Program-made: the position numbers and the translations under genes
Assembly: GCA_030754595.1 (NCBI GenBank)
Contig: JASLZZ010000051.1
Location: forward strand, 1 to 12,276
Length of the DNA: 12,276 nucleotides
Direction of reading: 5' to 3'
Source of the DNA: Nitrospinota bacterium
GTDB lineage: Bacteria; UBA8248
Notes under the pieces: model-generated
Seen by the model: the letters and a program-made list of their open reading frames with translations, nothing else
What the model was told of the DNA's origin: nothing
The model's database searches: none
Part shown: positions 7,298-12,276 of the stretch, one piece after another
How the letters are laid out: every line of letters begins with the position of its first letter
Position numbering within the stretch: the stretch's first letter is position 1

Positions 7298-8163
7298 GAG
7301 GCACCGATCGAAAACGCATAAACGACGGCCACATGCACGACCATCAGAATTAACAGGCACCAGGTCAGGGGGATGTGAAAAAAGAGCCAGCGCTTCAACA
7401 TCCCCTGAAGGGCGTATTGATAGTCCAGTTGATTTTTGATCCGGATGAGCTCGGTCAGCTCGGCGAGGACACTCAGCTCCTTCTCGCTCAGATACCGGCG
7501 AAGAACGAGCACGTCATTCAACAGCGCGTTGAGAGGGCGCCTCGACTCGATGTTATGCAGCCAAAAGTTCCTCGGCCCGGCGAAATAGGCGTGGAGTTTG
7601 TCGGCGTAAAAATCAGCGATGCTCGCGGACTTCGACTCTTCACCGGATTGAACCACCAGCGCTTCGACCTCCTCGCGGACCCGGAGGTAGAAAGCCGGCA
7701 GTCGCTCGTAAATCAACTCTTCCCCGAATTTTCGGCGAATTTCCCCGCCTTCCACCGCGCCCACCCGATCGTGCCGGGTGATTCGCGACGGATAGCCTTT
7801 CGAGATCCACAGACCCAGGGCGCCGCTCAGCGCCACCGCCAGATAGAGCATTGCCAACAGCGATTCGATAATCCCGTTCGGAATACGGAATTCGACATGC
7901 ACCAAGAACAGAAAAAACGTGAACCACCCGACGTATATATGAAGCTGCAGCCAGGCTGCGGATGAGCCCAGGGGGATGAACGACAGCTTCTTGCGGACAT
8001 TATACCCCGCCAGGAACACAATCGCGGCCAGAAGCGCCCACCCGCTCAAGTACTGGGAGCGGGAAAGGGTGACGGCGTAGGCCCGAAAAACAAAAAGCGC
8101 GACCGAGGAGACGATCACGAGCGCGGAGAGACTGAATAGGCGCCGGGCCGCGAATGTGATCAT
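7294..8163 (-). CDS. 5-TM inner-membrane protein, putative di-heme cytochrome b (ferric-reductase/NOX-like transmembrane domain)
   Basis: Start moved to ATG 8163 (ATGA overlap with upstream stop), giving 289 aa. Five hydrophobic segments, with H-x13-H in TM3 (LHIYVGWFTFFLFLVH) and TM5 (FHIPLTWCLLILMVVH). Confidence 0.75.
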   Translation of the reverse strand: MITFAARRLFSLSALVIVSSVALFVFRAYAVTLSRSQYLSGWALLAAIVFLAGYNVRKKLSFIPLGSSAAWLQLHIYVGWFTFFLFLVHVEFRIPNGIIESLLAMLYLAVALSGALGLWISKGYPSRITRHDRVGAVEGGEIRRKFGEELIYERLPAFYLRVREEVEALVVQSGEESKSASIADFYADKLHAYFAGPRNFWLHNIESRRPLNALLNDVLVLRRYLSEKELSVLAELTELIRIKNQLDYQYALQGMLKRWLFFHIPLTWCLLILMVVHVAVVYAFSIGAS

Positions 8164-9878
8164 CTGTTGATCCACTCCACGAGCATTTCCACATCGCGCA
8201 TGTCCACCCGCTTTAGCGCGTCGTGCGGGCAGGCCCGCTCGCAGGCGGGACCGCCGAGCTGATCCACGCACAAATCGCACTTCGTCGCCTTCTCGACCGG
8301 AACGTTCGTGCTCTGGGCCAGAATCAGCTCCCCACGCCCGTCCCGGATGGAAACCATGCGGATATTGTCGTACGGGCAGCTGTTAGCGCAGGTGACGCAG
8401 CCGATGCACGTCACGTCGTTAATCACCACCTGCCCCTGGTGCGATTCGCGGTGAATGGCGCCGGTCGGGCATCCGATCATGCAGACCGGATCGACGCAGT
8501 GCATGCAGGCGTTCGCAACGATGTAGTTTTGAAACCGCTTGCCGTGCCGTATAAAACGAGGATTGTTGTCGTGGGCGCTCGAGCAGGCGCGAACGCAATC
8601 GTCGCAACGCGTGCACCTGTCGATGTCGATAATCATGGCCGCCGTGCCGTTGATGTAGCGGTTGTCCGCCTGAAATTCCATGAAACCCGTGGCGATCTCC
8701 CCGCCCGAGCGTTCCCCCTTCCAGGCGGATTGCGCAAACCCGCGGGGAACGATTCTCGGCGGATACATCTCTTCGGAATAATGAGGCAGGACATATTTTT
8801 CGATAATCGACGTCGGCACCCGGAGGACGTCAATATAGCCCAGGGCGCGGAGGCTGCTCTGAAGGCTGACTTTCTCCTCGAAACGGTGGTTATGGGCGAT
8901 CTCGCCAAACCCGAACACCCCCCCCCGGCCCAGATAGCCGATCGTCCGCTGGCCGAAATCCACTCTTTCGGTGACATGAGCGAACCCGGCGCGGATCATG
9001 ATCAGCCCGTCAGCGTAATTGCCCTCCCCGGCGATGAGGGGCTCCTTTTCATAACGGTCGGCGGCCGACTGGCTGGCGATTTTCTTGTAGCTCGCATGCC
9101 AGTCGAATTCCCCGTAAGTTTCGAACAGTGTGTGCTCGGCGACGACGTCAATTTCTTCTTCGCTCAGGTTGCTGAACGCCGAGGTCGCCATGAGGTGAAC
9201 CTTCAGGCTCCGCTCGCGGTAAATCCGATCCACATAATTTCTGATTTCCTCCGCCCGCCGGCGAATGTCGCGAAGCCCCTGCCACCTGATTTCAAGCAGT
9301 ACGCAATCGTCCCGGGCGATAACGGTGGCGGTCCGGGGGGTTCGGCCCAGCGCGGCGATTTCGCCGAACATGGTCCCCTCTTCGAGGGAAACCGATTGAT
9401 GTATGTCGAGAAAAGCGGGCACGTCCTGGAGGAACACCCGCGCCTCCGTTCCTTCTCCCCGGATGTTGGTGCCGGAAGATTTTCCGTATTTCGATATGTC
9501 GCGGTACTCGGCCAAGGGGGAGTTGGACCATAGCTGTCTCAAGGATTGAAAAAATCCTTTTTCTCCGGATGCTTGGCGTCCGAGGGATTCGGTCCCGAGT
9601 TCGTCGAGAAAAACGGTGACCGAGCCTTCCATGATCAGAAAGGCGGAGTTTCCGTAGTCCCCCTCGCGCACCACGATCTCGTCGTCCGTGTAGCGCATGA
9701 CGCGCGTGTCGTTCAGGATGATATCGTGAAGGGAGGTCTTCGGCGGAAATTTGGAGGGGTCAATTTTATCGAAAGGCGGTTTGGTGAGCACCCAGTCCAC
9801 GTCCGCAGCAGTCATGTCGAGATCGAACGGCTCGTCCCAGCGCTGTGGCCTCTCGATGGCCGTGGGAGTCTGTGCCAT
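8160..9878 (-). CDS. Tandem cyclic-nucleotide-binding domains fused to a DmsB/NrfC-like 4x[4Fe-4S] ferredoxin
   Basis: CNB1: IVVREGDYGNSAFLIMEGSV...FGEIAALGRTPRTATV. Degenerate CNB2: EGNYADGLIMIRAG...LGRGGVFG. Sixteen Cys in four groups: CTRCDDCVRAC, CMHCVDPVCMIGCP, CIGCVTCANSCP, CDLC-x8-CERACP. SD-like AGGGG upstream. Confidence 0.9.
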   Translation of the reverse strand: MAQTPTAIERPQRWDEPFDLDMTAADVDWVLTKPPFDKIDPSKFPPKTSLHDIILNDTRVMRYTDDEIVVREGDYGNSAFLIMEGSVTVFLDELGTESLGRQASGEKGFFQSLRQLWSNSPLAEYRDISKYGKSSGTNIRGEGTEARVFLQDVPAFLDIHQSVSLEEGTMFGEIAALGRTPRTATVIARDDCVLLEIRWQGLRDIRRRAEEIRNYVDRIYRERSLKVHLMATSAFSNLSEEEIDVVAEHTLFETYGEFDWHASYKKIASQSAADRYEKEPLIAGEGNYADGLIMIRAGFAHVTERVDFGQRTIGYLGRGGVFGFGEIAHNHRFEEKVSLQSSLRALGYIDVLRVPTSIIEKYVLPHYSEEMYPPRIVPRGFAQSAWKGERSGGEIATGFMEFQADNRYINGTAAMIIDIDRCTRCDDCVRACSSAHDNNPRFIRHGKRFQNYIVANACMHCVDPVCMIGCPTGAIHRESHQGQVVINDVTCIGCVTCANSCPYDNIRMVSIRDGRGELILAQSTNVPVEKATKCDLCVDQLGGPACERACPHDALKRVDMRDVEMLVEWINR

Positions 9879-10011
9879 TGGCCCCTAATTTCTACAACGA
9901 GAAATGGTCAGCCTATTTCGCCTAGGCTTGAAAGTAACCGGTCCATGAGTGATCTGGAATCGCCATGTACATGTCAATTTCTTCGGTTTGGAAACACCGG
10001 ATAAGCATCCT

Positions 10012-11304
10012 TCAAGCATCCAGCGTCAGGTCTCCGTTGGGAGCAGAAATGCAAGTCAGGCAGGTGCCTGCCTCGGGAGCGGTCCCGGGTTCTTGAATGT
10101 AAGTCACCTGCCCCGATTTAATGGCCGTCACGCATGTTCCGCAATTTCCCGCCCGGCAACCCGAATCGATATTCACTCCGTTAGCTAGCGCGAAATCCAT
10201 AATCGAGCCGCTCGAAGTATCCCAAGGCAGGGTTTTGTTGCTCTTGGCGAAAACGATCTTGTGTTTGGGTCCCGCATCCGCCCCGTCCTTCTCGGTTTCG
10301 GCAGGCTCTTTCTTCACGCTGGCGGGGCCAAAGGCCTCGAAGTGGACATGGTTACCGGGCACACCCCATTTCTTGAGACCTTCGGTGAGAGACTTCATCA
10401 TGGGCGGCGGACCGCAGATATAAAAATCGTAGTTATTCGAGGGAAGGATTCGCTTGAACAAATCCACGCTGACCTGCTCGCCGTGCTGGTAATCCCTTCC
10501 TTCAACATCGTTGTCGGTGGGATCGCTGTAGCACACGTTCAGACGGATATTTTCATGTTCCAGGGTGAGATTATGGAGATGTTCCTTGAATATATGGTCC
10601 CTCTGGTTGCGCACCCCGAGGAAGAACCAAACCTCGCGATGCGATCTCGATTCGGCAATCGTGTTCAGCATGCTCAGAACCGGCGAGATGCCAATTCCGC
10701 CGCCGATGAGAACAATCGGGCTCTGCTGGGACGTATCCAGAAAAAAGTTTCCTCTCGGCGCCTTGACGTCGAGAATGTCGCCTTCGATAAGGGAGTCATG
10801 GAAAAAACTCGAGGCCACGCCCGGCGGGAGATCCGGTTTATCCCTCGGGGGGGGGACCTTCTTGATGGAAACGCGGTAGTAATCCGCATGTCCCGACCTG
10901 TCGGATAGAGAATAGCACCGGACAACCTCTTTTTCGGCATCCCGACCCCCTCCTTGGAAATGCAGGTTGAAGGTCAAAAACTGTCCGGGCTTGAAGGAGG
11001 GCAGGGGTTTGCCGTCATGGGGAGCGAGATAGAATGAGCAAACGCCGCCACCCTCGGGCACCTTGCGCTGAACGGTGAATTTCCGGTAGCCGGGCCAAGA
11101 AAACTCCGAGGACTGGACTTCCTTGAAAACCCCTTTGGCGATATCGACCTGGGTCTCCAGAAGTTCGAGGGCAAGATTTTGCTGGACGCTTTCACGCGAG
11201 TAACGGCGAAAGGATGTAACCAACAGGACCAAGACCTGCACCATGACCGCCGCGACGATCACCGCCCCGGCGGCCTGGAAGGCTGCGGGTGTCATGCGCT
11301 CCAT
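10012..11304 (-). CDS. Membrane-anchored FNR-type FAD/NAD(P)H oxidoreductase with C-terminal [2Fe-2S] ferredoxin (PDR/PaaE/Hcr-like domain order)
   Basis: FAD motifs PGQF, RCYSL, GVASSF. NAD motifs GGGIGISP, YICGPPPMM, HFEAFG. Plant-type Fe-S motif GCRAGNCGTC...CLTC. N-terminal hydrophobic helix followed by RRYSR. SD AAGGAGG. Confidence 0.92.
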   Translation of the reverse strand: MERMTPAAFQAAGAVIVAAVMVQVLVLLVTSFRRYSRESVQQNLALELLETQVDIAKGVFKEVQSSEFSWPGYRKFTVQRKVPEGGGVCSFYLAPHDGKPLPSFKPGQFLTFNLHFQGGGRDAEKEVVRCYSLSDRSGHADYYRVSIKKVPPPRDKPDLPPGVASSFFHDSLIEGDILDVKAPRGNFFLDTSQQSPIVLIGGGIGISPVLSMLNTIAESRSHREVWFFLGVRNQRDHIFKEHLHNLTLEHENIRLNVCYSDPTDNDVEGRDYQHGEQVSVDLFKRILPSNNYDFYICGPPPMMKSLTEGLKKWGVPGNHVHFEAFGPASVKKEPAETEKDGADAGPKHKIVFAKSNKTLPWDTSSGSIMDFALANGVNIDSGCRAGNCGTCVTAIKSGQVTYIQEPGTAPEAGTCLTCISAPNGDLTLDA

Positions 11305-11702
11305 GCCTCCTTTTCAGATTAGCCTTTTGGTGGAAAACCCACCCTCTCGGACAATCGGCTCATGAAACTCAGGCGATACGTGCCAAATTCCGCCGCTGAT
11401 CGATCAGAAATGAAATTATGCCGCAACGCTCTTCATTTAGCAAAATACGACCTATTTATCCTTATCAGCGGCCTTGTTGCACAATTCCAACTGTGGTCCG
11501 ATCCGTGCCATCTTAAATCACGCTTTACCGGATCCGGACGGAATCAGGCATCCCAATGCCCATCATTCAATTCAGCGTGGCACATTTCACCATTACTTCC
11601 ACATGTTGACTATCAGGCCCTCGAGCGGCGAGGCGCCCGCCAAACAGTGCCTTGAATCGTGAGAAGGCATTCTCCGCGAGACTCTGCCGGGTACACCCGC
11701 TT
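11305..11702 (-). promoter_or_regulatory. Relatively AT-rich upstream region, probable promoter of the minus-strand operon
   Basis: About 400 bp without a credible ORF in front of the first operon gene. Contains palindromes CTGATCGATCAG (11396-11407) and CCGGATCCGG (11528-11537). No convincing -35/-10 assigned. Confidence 0.4.
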
Positions 11703-12276
11703 GGCGTTGGTGCATGAATGGCGTCAGCCCTACGCTAGCATCGGCTCGCCCTCCCGATCAATCATGGAGGCTGAGGGGGCGACGCCATGGCCGCAGGGAA
11801 GTCGAGCCGAGTCAATCGCAAATACAAGACGAAGTACAGAATCCGGAACTGGGGAGAGTACGAGCGTGGCCTCAGGAGCCGTGGCGATGTCACAATCTGG
11901 CTGAGCCAGGAGGCGACCACCGCGTGGACACTACCGAATAACGGTCTCCGCGAGGCCAGCTACGGTACTCGAACCTCGCGATCTTGACCGCGTTGACGCT
12001 GCGGGTCCTCTTCCGCCTGCCGCTTCGCCAGACCGAGGGTTTCCTTGAATCGCTGCTCCGCTTGATGGGCCTCGACCTCAAGGCCCCGGACCACACCACA
12101 CTCTCGCGCCGGAACCAGACCGTTGAGGTGCCGCTCCTGACCCGAGTCCACGACGGCCCGATCTCCCTGGTCGTCGATTCCACGGGGCTCAAGATCCTGG
12201 GGTCCGGCGAGTGGAACGTGCACAAGTACAAGGCGTCGAGGAAACGCCGGGACTGGCGGAAGCTGCACATCGGAGT
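11703..12276 (+). mobile_element. IS5-family (IS903 group) insertion sequence, left part
   Basis: Candidate left IR GGCGTTGGTGCATGAA (11703-11718) resembles the IS903 end GGCTTTGTTGAATAAA as I recall it, and is followed by the transposase. The right end lies outside the window. Confidence 0.8.
11787..12276 (+). pseudogene. IS903-group DDE transposase, frameshifted at ~11952 and cut by the window edge
   Basis: First frame: YRIRNWGEYERGLRSRGDVTIWL. A shifted frame from 11954 continues GQLRYSNLAILTALTLRVLFRLPLRQTEGFLESLLRLMGLDLKAPDHTTLSRR...VVDSTGLKILGSGEWNVHKYKASRKRRDWRKLHIG, typical IS903-type motifs. Confidence 0.9.

Noticed and set aside
7298..7360. ORF-track 5' extension of the decaheme gene (likewise 8164-8280 for the membrane protein)
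   Set aside because: Both extensions lie inside the upstream genes. ATGA stop/start overlaps at 7294-7297 and 8160-8163 give better starts.
8223..9533. 436-aa plus-strand ORF and other long antisense ORFs (232-1008, 2772-3518, 3612-4292, 7375-7965, 10261-10908)
   Set aside because: Shadow frames opposite well-supported genes in GC-rich DNA, with no motifs.
8160..9878. CRP/FNR transcription factor call
   Set aside because: No C-terminal HTH. The C-terminus is a four-cluster ferredoxin.
11371..11386. Sigma-54-like TTGGCACG on the minus strand upstream of the reductase
   Set aside because: The GC follows GG after 8 nt rather than the required 10, and there is no TTGC.

Overview
The window holds two convergent redox gene clusters and the left part of a frameshifted IS5-family (IS903-group) element. 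The plus-strand cluster (196-4481) encodes an exported pentaheme c-type cytochrome, a translationally coupled putative outer-membrane beta-barrel and a tetraheme cytochrome c554-like protein. The minus-strand cluster (11304 down to ~4600) encodes a membrane-anchored FAD/NAD(P)H/[2Fe-2S] reductase, a protein with two cyclic-nucleotide-binding domains fused to a 4x[4Fe-4S] DmsB/NrfC-like ferredoxin, a 5-TM protein with two H-x13-H pairs placed as in NOX/ferric reductases, a membrane-anchored decaheme cytochrome c with a tandem Cys4 N-terminal domain, and a broken second c554-like gene cut off beside a REP-like palindrome. I infer that together they could form a cNMP-regulated electron conduit from cytoplasmic NAD(P)H across the inner membrane to periplasmic multiheme cytochromes and a porin (19 CxxCH motifs in intact genes). 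I know of no characterised system with this composition. All family calls come from motif reading by eye; no searches were run.
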